Shown here: piece after piece, positions 32,523-45,300 of the stretch | Layout: the number at the start of each line of letters is the position of its first letter | Numbering within the stretch: the stretch's first letter is position 1 | DNA from: Naegleria gruberi | Taxonomy: Eukaryota | NCBI GenBank assembly: GCA_000004985.1 | Contig: GG738857.1 | Reading direction: 5' to 3' (one strand) | Length of the DNA: 64,000 nucleotides | Position numbers and translations under genes: made by a program | Notes under the pieces: generated by a model | Database searches by the model: none | What the model was told of the DNA's origin: nothing | What the model saw: only the letters and a program-made list of their open reading frames with translations

Positions 32523-34449
32523 TTATGGTGTAAGAGATGTTAGAGAAACAAAATCATCCTTCCAATCATTCTCATATTTCTCAATTAAGAATTTCCAACC
32601 TCCTGTCAAATCTACAAGAAGACTATTATATTTATCCGGACCTGCCACTCCATTCAAATCATTATGTCCATCCTTTCCTCTCCACTTGTATCCAAACGTT
32701 GGTGAAAAGTGTGGTGATTTAGCTGAGAGACTGTGATATCCTCCTGATTGATCGTATTTACTATATTCTGAACCCTCCACACCAACTATATAAAGATTAA
32801 TAAATTATTAAATTATATATATCACTTACTCAATAGTCCACCAAATCTTCCCTTCTTTGGTGATTGGTAATAAATATACATGTGGCCATGTTCTCCATTG
32901 GCCTCAATCTTCTTTCCTGTCAATGAACGATTCTCTGCTCCTCCTAAAGGTAAATTCATTCCCCAATCTTGAATAATGCTATTTTAATTGAATTGTGAAT
33001 GAAAACTTACGTCTGTGATGTTTCAAAAATCCATCAGTCGTTCCAAACAACTTGGTATCTCTGAAAGTTATTCCAATAGTTTTGGTTTCATGCAAAACCT
33101 TCTTCTTTCCCATTGGTAAGCTAAAATTGTACTTGTCGTCTATTATTTTCTTTGGCAGTTGTATTGGCGGTTCTTCCATCATTTTACTGACATCTCTCAT
33201 AACTCGTCGTTGTCTATAATGACCATTTGATTGTGATTCATTCTCTAGGAATTTATCTATCATATTGGTTGGTAATTCTTCATCATTAGTGATCTCTAGT
33301 TCGATTGGCTTATCCAAAATGAGTTGATCAGATGCTTGTGGCTTGTAGTAATCTAAAGCATGTGTAGCTCCCAATCTTCTAAAAATCACCTTTCCATCAA
33401 TTCTTGCCTCATCTAAAATTAAATGTTCACACAATTTAAATTCCATTAAAAACTTACTTCCACTCGTTTTGGTTGAAATTATCTTTGATAAATCTCCATC
33501 CACAGTTCCACTGAATTATTATTATAAAGTTATTAATCCTTCATTATTAATCAATTAGAAAACCTACGTAACGAGCCATTTCCAAAATGAATGTTCATCC
33601 TCTCCATGTGTTTTCCTATCCATACTGTCCAACTGTATTATCACTCTACTTCCATGTGACAGGACACTTGCAATTGGATATCTGGTAGTGTTCCACAATT
33701 TCCAATCCTCCACCTTTGCATCCTGTCTATACATTAATCCTCCATATCTCAACACACAAAATACTCTCCTCAGAATATTTCCTAGAGAGTCATACTCTGG
33801 ATTTTCCAAAGTTCTCCTCCACAGAATGGCATCTCTCTTACATTGTGAAATTACTCCACTCTCATTATATTCCTTTTCGATAATTTGTTTTAATCTCTCA
33901 ACTTGACTCAGAAAGAGAGGATCCGAATATTCAACATCATCTGGAATGAGTGCATATTCAAAATGATCAATAAATATCACTGATTTTGGATCNNNNNNNN
34001 NNNNNNNNNNNNNNNNNNNNNNNNNNNNNNNNNNNNNNNNNNTTCAGCTATTGTAGATTTGAAGGCAAACTTGTGCAAACTGTTGAGCTCCTCATACGGG
34101 TTATTACTACATAATCATCATAGTCATTGAGTGAAAGTGAATCAAAATTTTTCACACTCTGGCTGGTTTGATGATGGTAATGATGATTGGAAAGGTCTTC
34201 CGATAGAGTTGACCTTGTATTTGATGGTGATAGTGTTGCTTGATGATTATCACCAACATCAGCCGACAATGATGAGGTTGTTGATGAAGAGGAATTTCTA
34301 AAATATTCTTGTTGATGATGAGGAGAGGTTGTAGTGGTGGCGGATGAGTCAACAACCTTTGAAATTTGTGTGTCTGTTATTGTTTCTTCTCCACCTTCTG
34401 CCACATTAGTATCAACACCTGTCGAGTCAGTATTGTAATGAAATTCCAT
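32523..34449 (-). CDS. Hypothetical multi-exon protein. It has a Ser/Thr-rich N-terminus and a conserved C-terminal region of unknown family, and is interrupted by an assembly gap.
   Basis: Five minus-strand exons are joined by introns 33567-33511 (57 nt), 33010-32968 (43 nt) and 32829-32786 (44 nt), all GTAAGT/GTAGGT to AG. The reading frame is continuous from ...WKWLVT-GTVDGDLSK... through ...HHR-HWGMNLPLGG...GHMYIYYQSPKKGRFGGLL-IGVEGSEYSKYDQSGG...KWRGKDGHNDLNG...FLIEKYENDWKDD. The N-terminal exon (34449 to at least 34043) runs into the gap. Confidence 0.4.
33993..34042. other. Assembly gap (50 N)
   Basis: Run of n characters inside the hypothetical gene above. Confidence 0.95.
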
Positions 34450-34664
34450 TTTTTTGATTGATGACTGCCTTCCAAACAGTTAGCGGAAACGAAAGATAAT
34501 TGCCTAATGTAACGGTCGCTGATTGCTAGCCCTATTGTGAAAGACAATAAACTGAGTTTATTGTGAAATGTAATTAATGTTCATGTCCTCAACTGGGACA
34601 TAATTAGAGAACTCGAATTGTTAATGAATTGTTAATACTGTATAAATTAATTTTTTGGTGTTAT

Positions 34665-35519
34665 TTACACAACACATTGACACTTTTTAGAATCGTGTTG
34701 ATTTGGAGTTTGAGTTTGAGTTTTTGAGAGATTAATATTTGTAGAGGACCCATGATCTCGTTCTTTGGATTCTCTTTCAGCAAAGCAAACTACCAAAAAA
34801 AGAAATAGTTCAAAAATTAAAACCAATTTGGAATGCTAGTAATACTTACGAACTGCATTTAAAAAAGCTTCATTCACTCCATTATTTGTTGATACAGAAC
34901 ATTCGTAAAAGGCATCCAATTCCAATTCCTTCTTTAAAATTTCACCTTCCTCCCTGCTCACCACTCTTTGATCTCGCAAGTCCATTTTGTTCCCAACTAG
35001 TGTTATATAAGGAGGACATGTATCTGAATTGCTATATGTTTGAAAATCAAGTAACCAACTTTTAACACTCTCAAATGATTTCCTAGATGTTACATCATAG
35101 ACCAGAAATACCAAATGAGAAGCTCTATAGTAATTACTCGTAACTGTTCTGAATCGTTCCTGTCCAGCACTGTAAATATTTGGTGGTTGATATCATCAAT
35201 TCTAATAAAACATACGTATCGTAAATTGTTACTTTATACACTTTATCATCCTTTGTAATACTTTTAATTTTCATTTCCACTCCGATCGTTGGTTTTGTTT
35301 CCTTCTTTTCATTGGTAATACACATCATGAAACAACTCTTCCCAACCTGTGTATCTCCCAATACAATCGCTAATTAGTTTCATCATCCACATATTCATCA
35401 GAATTTAAATTCAATCCAATTAATAATAATTACAATAATAAATTTTTATAATTGATGATCAAAATTCCATCACGATCAAATTATTCCTATTTACCTTTAA
35501 AAACCCTCACTTCGCTCAT
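34665..35519 (-). CDS. Rab-family small GTPase with at least four exons
   Basis: Exon 1 (35519-35495) is MSEVRVFK plus g. After an intron reaching 35370, exon 2 reads AIVLGDTQVGKSCFMM (P-loop) ...KVTIYDT. The next exon reads AGQERFRTVTSNYYRASHLVFLVYDVTSRKSF (switch II and G3). The NKMD (G4) motif is present. A final small exon after the donor at 34830 encodes ...KKCQCVV, a Cys-containing prenylation-type tail. The 3' exon assignment is tentative. Confidence 0.65.
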
Positions 35520-36524
35520 ATTTCCTCAAGGTAATAATGATGATGATAATATCAATTCCAATGTATCTTTTCTCCACACAACACTGTCTTTTCAACAACC
35601 AACAGACACAAAACAATAACAAACTCTCCCAACCGACAAAATCAATTCTCGTTGTTGGCCAAACTAGAATGTTGTTGTGGTCGACCAATAATTTTTTTAA
35701 GAGAATTTTATTGCAGTGATGCTTAATATCAAAGGAGAAAGCGCGAAAAAAATACTGCACAACAAAGGCTTCATACAGTATGAAAGAGTTTTCCTTCTCG
35801 GAAGGGCGGTGTTTAGATGTTGATGGTTGAGAAACAAAATTGAGATTGGCATGACGAGGACGAGTATGAATGAGGGGTAGACTTTTGGGGAGTTTGTGCT
35901 ACATCCAACACAATTTAATGATGATTGCTTGTTTTAGATTGGTGAACATTCACGAATAGCCTTAATAATGGCTTCTATTAGGATTGGACATAGGAAATGA
36001 TCCAGATGAGGAACTCTTATGAAACTTTTCATAAGTACAGTCTGTATCTCGAAAGAAGCAAAATGATCCAACATTCCTTGTCAGATTTATTAAATGTGAA
36101 TTAACTTCTGACAAGTCATTGTCATAATATCATCATTCAACAACTGGTGGTACCAATACAGGATCAACTTCAAGCTACAATGATGAAATTATTGAAATGT
36201 TTGTTAAACACTTATGAAAATGATAGAAACACCAATAATAGCTAAAACGAGAAAGTGAACAAGTTAATAATGATTCTCGAAAATTGGTCAACCACAATAT
36301 TTCTTAACAAAGAAAATTTTAGATAATTGTTGTAAAAGTTTAATGTAATAAAAAGGATATTGGTCGGATTATGTTAATTGTTCAGTCATTCTCCGCCTTA
36401 AACTCCTTTTGGTCTCGATATCATTTTTGGCATGTCCATTACAATTTGCATAAGATGAGGGAACTGAATTGGCCAAGAATTGGTCAAAAAAACAAACAAA
36501 AAACCAAGCTTCTAAGAATCGGCA

Positions 36525-38045
36525 ATGATTTCGTCCACTTCTACTACACCAGACCAAATTTCTGGGACCACGGTCCCGGTCTTGAGCAAGACAGAAGTCT
36601 TTGAAGAAGCAACCAATTTTGTAACATTACTTTATACAGAGTTGAAGAAGAAACCAGAAGAAATTGATGAAAGATTGCAAATAATCAAGGCAGAGATTGA
36701 TAGGACTGGAACTTATGTTCATACCAGTGAAGAATTAACCTATGGCTGCAAGGTTGCTTGGAGAAATTCAGTGAGTTGGTAAGTTAAAAGTTTCGAATAA
36801 TGATAGTAACAAGAATTAAAGTATTGGAAAGGTTCACTGGCAAGTATTAGCCGTCCATGACAAGAGACATTGCAAAACAGAGGAAGAAATAGCTCAAGCA
36901 CTAAAGGAACATGCCAAATTTGCCTTCAATGATGGTAATGTGAGATCTAGTGTTACCCTCTTTCGTCAAGTTTCCAATCCAGATGGAAGTGATGAAATTC
37001 GTATTCACAATCCACAAATCATTCGTTATGCAGGTTATAAAAACAATGATGGAAGTGTTTTAGGTGATCCAGATCATGTTGCCTTGACTGAACATGCACT
37101 TTCTCTTGGTTGGAGGAAAGATCAACCAAAATCAAGATTTGACATTCTTCCACTCCTGATTCAAATTGGAGTTCAAGGAAAGACTAAATATTTCGATTTG
37201 GAACCTGAATACACAACTGAGGTTCATCTCGAACATCCAAAATATCCACAAACAAGTGACATGGCTTTACGTTGGCATGGATTGCCAGCTATTACCAATA
37301 TGAGATTCGAATTGGGAGGTGTTTTTTATACTGCAGCTGCATTCAATGGATGGTAAGTTTCTAAGAATTAATTGTTTGAATGAAAACAAAATATTCGAAT
37401 CAAAGGTACATGACAACTGAAATTACAAGAAACTTTTTGGATGATTTTAGATATAATCTCTTAGATGAATTTGGAAGAGTTATTGGTGTGCGGCCTGATT
37501 CAGATGCCGAATCAAAAAAGAATCCATTCTGGAAAGATATTGCCTCTGCCGAATTCAATGTCATGGTTCAACATTCATTCGATAAACAAAATGTCAAGAT
37601 GGTTGATCATCACACTGCAGGTAAACAATTTGTAAAGCATATGCAAAATGAGGAAAAGAAAGGAAGAGAATGTCCTGCACGTTACAGTTGGATTGTTCCA
37701 CCAAGTGCTGCTCACACAAATCCAGTTTTTCACACAAGGATGAAGGAAATTTGGTTGAAACCAACCATTTCTTATCAACCTGAGATTTTTGATGGAAGTT
37801 TTAGAAATGTTATGGCAAGAGGAGAGGTTTTACCTTCAGATCCTGATTGGAATGTTAAGGAAAGTGTTCCTTCCACACCAACTCAAAGGAGCAAGGCAAC
37901 CTCAAGTCAAAAATCAACGACAGCCAAATCATCCACAAAACAAGTAAGAAGTAATTCTAGTGATAGAGTTCTGGTTAAGATTTTGGCAATTCTTGTGGTC
38001 TTGTTAGCAATCTTATTGGCGTACAATTCTTCACAACACCAATAA
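36525..38045 (+). CDS. Nitric-oxide synthase oxygenase-domain protein (bacterial NOSoxy-like) with a C-terminal transmembrane anchor. Three exons: 36525-36778, 36822-37352 and 37406-38045.
   Basis: Exon 1 reads ...[24 protein letters not shown] plus tg. Intron 36779-36821 follows (GTAAGT to ttaaag). The split codon tg|t gives the heme-thiolate Cys in SCIGKVHW. Exon 2 carries IRYAGYKNNDGSVLGDP and WHGLPAITNMRFELGGVFYTAAAFNG plus tg. Intron 37353-37405 follows; tg|g gives W, and the sequence continues YMTTEITRNFLDDFRYN...DHHTAGKQFVKHMQNEE...WIVPPSAAHTNPVFH. There is no reductase (FMN/FAD/NADPH) domain. The protein ends in VLVKILAILVVLLAILLAY, a tail-anchor-like TM helix. Confidence 0.75.
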
Positions 38046-38145
38046 ATTTTAAGCAAATGCTTTTGAACATTTCAACTATTAATGTTTTCTAAATTTGTAA
38101 TATTGATTATGAACATACAATCAAATAAGCTTTACTATCAAGAAA

Positions 38146-41100
38146 TTATCTCTTTGTTAACTTTTTTGGTGGATCAATACTCTTATCAGATTCCTTTCTC
38201 TTTCTGTTGGCAGTATTAGTCGATGGAGATGATGAAGAACTTGCAGCCCTGTTTTGATTGGTATGTTTTGGAGCTGTTGAAGAGCTTGAACTTGCTTGTC
38301 CACTTTTAACAGATTGAACATTCTTTTCAATATTAGAAATTGATGAACTTGTTGCTTTCTTTCTATTTGATGTAGGATTTGATGTAGGGGTGTTTTCAAT
38401 AATTTCTTTTACCTTCTTTTCTTTTTTCACTGGTAACTTATTCAACTCTAACTTTACAATAGGTGATGAGGATGAAGAACTTGATGCTTGTTGTTTCTTA
38501 TTTCCCTTAACTTGTGGTGATTTTTGAGTAGGAGATTTAACCTTCTTATCTGTCAATTTTTTATGTGGAAATTGTCTATTTGCATTCTTTCTTAAACCTC
38601 CACTATATTTGAAAGCATAGATTTGGAATCCACCAATACCATATAATAACATTTGTCTGATAAAGTATTCATCTGAGGAATTGTTTCCTTCCTTGAATGA
38701 TTCATGATCTTTCTTAACAACATCCTTTGATGAAATACCATCGAATAGAACCATATCTGAGACTGGATGAATTCCAATCATATTAGGACCATAGAATGTA
38801 CTGATATTACCTCTTGCAGATGAAACAAAATGAGTTGTTTTTTGTAATTTGTCAACTTCATTACTAAGGAATTTTGATTGAGCAGTTCTAACATTCCACA
38901 ATGAGACATGACCTACATGATTTCTCTTATCAAACTTTTCATTATATAGCTTCTTATACTTTGAAAGAATTTGTTTACCTTCCTTTGTTAGATGTGCCTT
39001 GGTCTCCTCAAGAATAGTCCACAATTCTCTTGGATCTTCAATGCACTTTTTTCTGAATTCTTCAAAGGTTTTAAACATTCTCAATCGATCACTATCACCT
39101 ATTTTACCACAAGTATAATGTGATCTTATCAATGGATTTTCTTCCGTGACATAGGTTAGAAATTCCTTAATTACTTCTTCTTTTTGTTGATAATCATAAC
39201 TTGAATGTAATTCAAAGTAAATGATGGCCTCTGCAAATATGAGATATCTTGCCAATGCGTTATTGTGTCGAACAAAAATAGGTTTCTTATACTCTTCAGC
39301 ATGAATGAAATTATCTTCCATGACATGATAAATTTCCAATTCGAAATGTTCTGCCAATAACATACAAAGTTTCTTCTTCTTTCCAATATTGATAAATATT
39401 TCAGTATCAATACTGACAAATACATAGTTAGGTGCCTTTTCTACCTCATTCATGGCTTCATTTAGGAATGAACGAGCCTTTTCCAAAAATGCATTTTCAA
39501 CCATGATGAAAATTAAATAATCTTGACTTCCATTTTTGGAATGTTTAATACAACAATCATGAACATGTCTCTCTAAAAAGTTTGGAGATGTTTCTTCAAA
39601 ATATTCTGGAAGAGTTGTAATGAAAATTGGAGCAATTCGTTGTCGACTATGACTCTTATTACCACCCATAGTTCCAATTAAGGCATCAGTGGAGAGCAAG
39701 GATTTAAATTTTGCCAGTTTAGTTTCCTTCAATTCCTTTTCATAGGAAACAAGAACTTGTTTTTCATTTCTATCAATTTCCATGAGGACCAGTTGACCTT
39801 TTTGATATAATTTCTTTTGTTCTTCAGATAAACCTGCATCAATACTTTCCTTTTCAACTCTTGTCAAACTAATGCTACTTTTTGGTAATTTTTGAACATT
39901 ACCAAATTTTTCACTGGGTGAAAGAACTTTTGCTCTTTTAAGCTCTCTAATGGTGTTATATTCCTTATCAGGAATAATCATACAACCCTTTCCTGATTTA
40001 CATGCAGGTGATGGATAACGATTTGAAAGACCTAAATGTTCGGCTTTAAGAGGTTTAGTTTTTTCCTTTTTCAAAAGCACTCTCATATCATCAATTAACT
40101 TGAATTTCTCAATTGCTAATTTGAGATATTCTTCAGATTCTAATTGACCTCTAATATGTAAGAGTTCATCTGCACAATTACTCAAATACTCTTTCATTGA
40201 ATTCAAAATTGAGTAAAATATATCAAAACTTCCATAATCTTCAATGCGTTCATTTGGTGAAACAAAATTCATAGAGTGGAAAATATCATCAACAATTTCA
40301 ACTAATTCTCCCTTAAAAGTATTCATTTCTTCTTCCTTAGTTGCTAAATCCTTCTTTTGTTTTGCCATTAATGAATCAATCTTCTTTTCAATAAATTCAA
40401 ACATTTGATTCTTGTACATGTCAATTCTATATCTAATTTTTCTGTTTCTTTCATAGAAATAAGTTGTAAACTCAATCCAATTATCATATTCAATTAATTG
40501 ACTTTGAATATTACAATCTAAGGTTTCGTGAGGTGAAAATGTTTCAATGGGTTCTTCACTCTGTCTCTGTTCAATATTTCTACATTTCTTTTCAGTTCTT
40601 TTAATACTTTTCATCAATGTCTTGACACATGTTGATAATTCAAAGTAAGTTTCCTTGAGAATGGTTTTAATTGCTGCTCTTGCATCTACTGCTGCCTTGA
40701 TTGGAAATTGAGATTTGTAAAGAGTTGCAATTTGTAAAGCATATCTCAATCCCTGAAAAACTAAAAAATTAGTTTCAATAGTCTTTCTCATTTCAATTAT
40801 TTCACCAAGTTGTTTGAAGAATATATTCCATCTCTCCTTATCTGTTTTATGTGGGATTGTTAAATTAGTGGCTCGATTAGCTACTGCAACAACAAAATCA
40901 TACTTTCCAAAGAAATCAACATCCTTCCTCTTGGACTCTTCAATCTTTCCAAGTTGTGAAATATTTTCATTCAAGATCAACATCGAAGAAATCACTCAAA
41001 TTACTCTTAAAATCTGTTAAATATTTTTCATGAAGTTCTGTCAATTCTTTGTATGGATTCTTCTCTTTAGCTATTGTCTGACATAGTGATGTCAAAACAA

Positions 41101-42136
41101 TGGTTGGTGGATTATCAGTATTCTTTTCAAATACCTTGTAGGTCCATAAATCAGGGACACAATCAACACCAACAATTTGTCTTACACTTTCTAAACCCTT
41201 AAGAATGACATTACAATTAGAAATAACCTCTTCAATTAACATGGAAAGAATTTCACTATTATTCTGTTCACCATAACCAGGAATGTCCCATATTGCCACT
41301 TTACCATATCTACTTTTCAAGATTTCACTATTATAACAGAGAACAAATTTGTCAACCATCAAGAGTCTTTCCTTTGATTGAAGTCTTTCCTTCTCAAAGA
41401 CTGACATTACAGCTTTGTCATCTGAAACTTGAAATTCAATTTGTAAATCTCCTTCTTGTTCAAATTTTAAAAGTTCAGCATAACATGTCTTGAGTTCACT
41501 TTGATCGAGACCACAATTAGAAACTGGATTGGATTCTGCTTTTCTAGGTAGAATACATTCTTCTTGTTCATCATTGTAATCATCATCATCTGAACTTTCT
41601 TCATTAGAACCCAATGATGGACTCTCATCAGCAGCAACATCTTGATAATCATCAAGCAATTGATCTTCATTACGATCACTAGAGAGTAAATCAGCAATTA
41701 TCGTATTATCTTCATTCTTCTTTGAGAGACGAATAATTCTATCTACGTACTTCTTAGGTGAGCAATAAACCTTTAATAGACGTAATTTATCAGAATATTT
41801 AATCTCAGTACAAAACAAAGTTTCACCTGAACCAAATTTAGAAGATGCCTTCATTGGATAATCATCTTTTCCAGATAGTATCATATTCAATGTGCTTGTT
41901 TTACCAAATCCAGGTTCTGATAATAAACCTATTGAAATTTCAGGTCCTTTTTCAATCTTTTCATAAATCTTTTCATAATTGTCAAAGGCTTCTTTCACAA
42001 ACTTGTTAGACTGATTCTGCTTTGAAGAAGTTCCAAAATCCTTGACAATTTTATCAAGAAATTGTCTCTTGATTCTCTCTTCTTTAACAACATTGACGTG
42101 GTTAATCTTTGAGTCAGCAGGTGTTTGAGGAATCAT
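38146..42136 (-). CDS. Large P-loop (TRAFAC-class-like) GTPase with an acidic insert and a roughly 570-aa conserved C-terminal domain of unknown function. This is paralogue A.
   Basis: ATG at 42136. The N-terminal ORF (42136-40970) has the Walker A motif LLSEPGFGKTSTLNMILSG and the G3-like WDIPGYGEQN. The long C-terminal ORF (to 38146) is collinear with paralogue B (FFGKYDFVV..., SHSRQRIAPIFIT, NFLERHVHDCC, NIGKKKKLCML, HVGHVSLWN, GIGGFQIYAF). The two ORFs are out of frame by +1 at about 40960-41000. This implies either a 37-nt intron (gttgat...ggaaag) or a frameshift. Confidence 0.6.
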
Positions 42137-42347
42137 TTTTTTCTTTTTTCAATATTAACAAGCGTTGAGTTTTATGTGAGGTGATGGCAAAGGTTAAGAA
42201 GTGTTGGAGAAGTGAGAAATGACGTGTGGTGCATTTATCATGGTAAATTTGAAATTCAAAATTTAGAAGAGAAATTTGAATCCATGAAGCTTAACAAACA
42301 CGACGAGGTGTAACATTTTAAAAACTCGAATGACATGATGTAAAAAA
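42137..42347. promoter_or_regulatory. A 211-bp divergent intergenic region between the start codons of paralogues A and B, likely a shared bidirectional promoter
   Basis: The ATG of the minus-strand gene is at 42136 and that of the plus-strand gene at 42348. The spacer is AT-rich. No specific motif was identified. Confidence 0.3.
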
Positions 42348-45300
42348 ATGTCAACATCGCTATTGCCAAGTGCCTCCTTTGACCTATTCGATTCTGAATT
42401 ACATAATGTAATTGATGAAGAAAGGGATCGGAAACATATTTTGCAGCAATGTCTACATAAATTAAATGAAAATAATTATGTGACGAAAGCTTTTGCAAAA
42501 TATTCGAATATATTCGAAACTATTGACAAAGGACCTGAAGTTTCTGTTTGTTTATTATCAGAACCTGGATTTGGTAAAACAAGCACATTGAATATGATAC
42601 TATCTGGAAATGACAATTCTCCAATGAAGGCATCCGATAGATTAGGTTCAGGTGAAACTTTAGTCTGTACACAAATTAAATATTCGAAAGACATTCGAGT
42701 TACAAAAGTTTATTGTACAGCTGAAAAGTATGAAGAAAGAATTATGAAATTAATGAAAACAAAAGATTCAGAAGATGAACAAACATCACCAACGCCACTC
42801 ACAGATGGTTTAAGTTTAGTTTCGTCTTCAAGTTTCGAATTTCAAGACGATGATGATGATGAAGAAACTGATTGCGAAGATTCAGCATCAGATGAAGCAA
42901 ATTCACTTTTACTTCCAGAGAAATTAAATGTAGAAACTTCAAGTGTAAGATTAAGTGAAGATCATTTCGTATTTCTTAATGGAAAGGCAGATAGAAATGA
43001 ATTAGAAGAAACATTTACGTTTCAATCTGTTCATGATATTCATAACTATTTTGAAAAGGAAAGAAAAAGAGATGAATGCAATAGAGATGACATTTTAATG
43101 GTTGACAAATATATTTTATACTATCCGTGTGAATTACTTAAAAGTGAATATGGAGAAGTGATATTATGGGATATTCCTGGTTATGGTGAACAAAATTATG
43201 GTGATATTCAAGCTATGCTTGTTGAAGAAGTTGTTTCTAATTGTAATGTCATCTTAATGGCATTGACAGGTAACAGAAATATCCTATCTTTAAATTGTTC
43301 ATCTAATTTATGGAAATATAAGGCATTTGAAAAAAGAAAAGATAATCCACCTACTATTGTCTTAACTTCAAGATGTCCAATAGAAAATTCAAATCATTAT
43401 TCAGAATTAATCAAATGTCATAATTCCTATATTAGGGAATTTAAAGAAAATTTAAGTGATTTTTTCAATGTTGATTTTGAATCTAATCCAAAACCTAAAA
43501 AGAAAGAATTGAAAGAAGAAAATGAAGACGAACCTAAAATAATTGACTTTTTTGGAAAGTATGATTTTGTTGTAACAGTTTCAAATTATGCAACAAATAT
43601 TACAATACCACATTTAACGGATAAAAATAATTGGACTATATTTAAGGATGAATTTTCAAAAATAATTGAAATGAGAAAGAGAATTGAAACTGATTATTCA
43701 ATTTTTAAGGGATTGAGATATGCTTTACAAATTGTAACACTTTACAGAACTCAATTTCCTGTCAATTTTCAAAAATTATGTAAAACAGAGACAGATAAAA
43801 TTGCAGATGAAACTTTAAAAACTTTACTACAATATATTGAAACTTTGGAATCAAATATTCAAAGAGCAATTTCAAGAGGTGAAAAATTAGAGAAGAAAAT
43901 TGAAAATTCTTTCAGTTTTGGAAATGAAAATTCATTGACTGATAAAATTCAGAGAAGATTATTCGAATCACATACAAGAGATGTCATGATTGCTTACTAT
44001 AGTGAAAGAATGAAAAAAATCAGTACAAGAATTGAAATGTTCAGAATTCAATTACATTTTCTATTGGAAACTAAAATTTTAGCAGCACAAAGTCATGAAA
44101 AATGTTTTGATTTTACAAATTTTAAAAACATGTTGTCAGATCATATTGATGAGATATTCGATTCTTTAAAAGCAATTATTCCAAACGAAATGACAGATGA
44201 TTCTAGAATGAAACTTGATTCGTATCATGAATCTTTTAAATCAATGAAAGGAATTTCAGAACAATCTAAAATTTTATTGAAAACTTTAACTAAATCAGGA
44301 TTCAAAAAAATAACCAAAACAGATGATAAGGAACTTTCATTATATGAAAAAGCAGAGAGAGTGAAAAGAGATTTTAAAAAGAAGAACTTCAAGTCCTATG
44401 AAGATGAAATCAAAATTCCAAGTCTTTCTAATGCCTATATGAATCCTTCTCGTAGAACAGGTAATATTCTAATTCCACTAAAAGAATACGAAACTATTAA
44501 GGAATTGAAAGAAAATTTCATTTTACCATCAGTAGGTGAGAAATTTGAAGAAAATATTGGAAAAATAGAAAAACAATCAAAAAGTGAATTGGAATTGGTA
44601 TATCGTTCAGATGAAATTAGTGGAAATATCATTTCCTTACAAATCGACAAATCACAGAGAAGAATTACAGTTTCGTATAATGAAAGTTTGCAAAAATCAA
44701 TTCAAAGTTTTAAAAAACTATTGACCACTGATTCACTCATTGGAACTAAGGGTGGAAACAAGAGTCATAGCCGACAACGAATTGCTCCAATTTTCATTAC
44801 TGCAGTTCCAGAATATTTCAATGATTTCACTCCAAACTTTTTAGAGAGACATGTTCATGATTGTTGTGTTAAATCAGATGTCAATCATATCATTTTCATT
44901 ATGATTGAGTCAATTTATTTGGAAAAAGCTCAATCATTCCTTAATCAGAATTTAAGTTTGTTGAATAATGAATATTCAAAGAAAAAATTGAATTATGTAT
45001 TTATCAGTATTGATACTGAACTTCCTGTAAATATTGGAAAGAAGAAGAAACTTTGCATGTTGGTGGCAGAACATTTCGAATTGGAAATTTATCATGTCAT
45101 GGAAGATAACATACTTCACGTTGAGGAATATATCAAACCAATCTTTTTCAGACATAACAATGCATTGGCAAGATATCTCATCTATGCAGAGGCCATTCTC
45201 TATTTTGAACTTTATTCAAGCATGGATTACACTCAGAAAAAAGGAATTATTAAGGAATTGCATGATTTTTTCTTGGATGAACCTTTAACGAGACGATACT

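Noticed and set aside
36525-38045. Interpreting the NOS gene as bacterial contamination
   Set aside because: The two introns have consensus GTAAGT donors and the reading frame is restored only by splicing, including a split Cys codon. The gene sits between eukaryotic genes on the same contig. So it is a eukaryotic nuclear gene of bacterial-like ancestry, not a contaminant.
39171-45288. Near-identical small ORFs 39171..39425 (-) and 45034..45288 (+) that could look like a repeated mobile-element ORF
   Set aside because: Both are off-frame shadows of the homologous NIGKKKKLCML...EIYHVMEDN region of the two GTPase paralogues. They reflect nucleotide identity between paralogues, not an independent gene.
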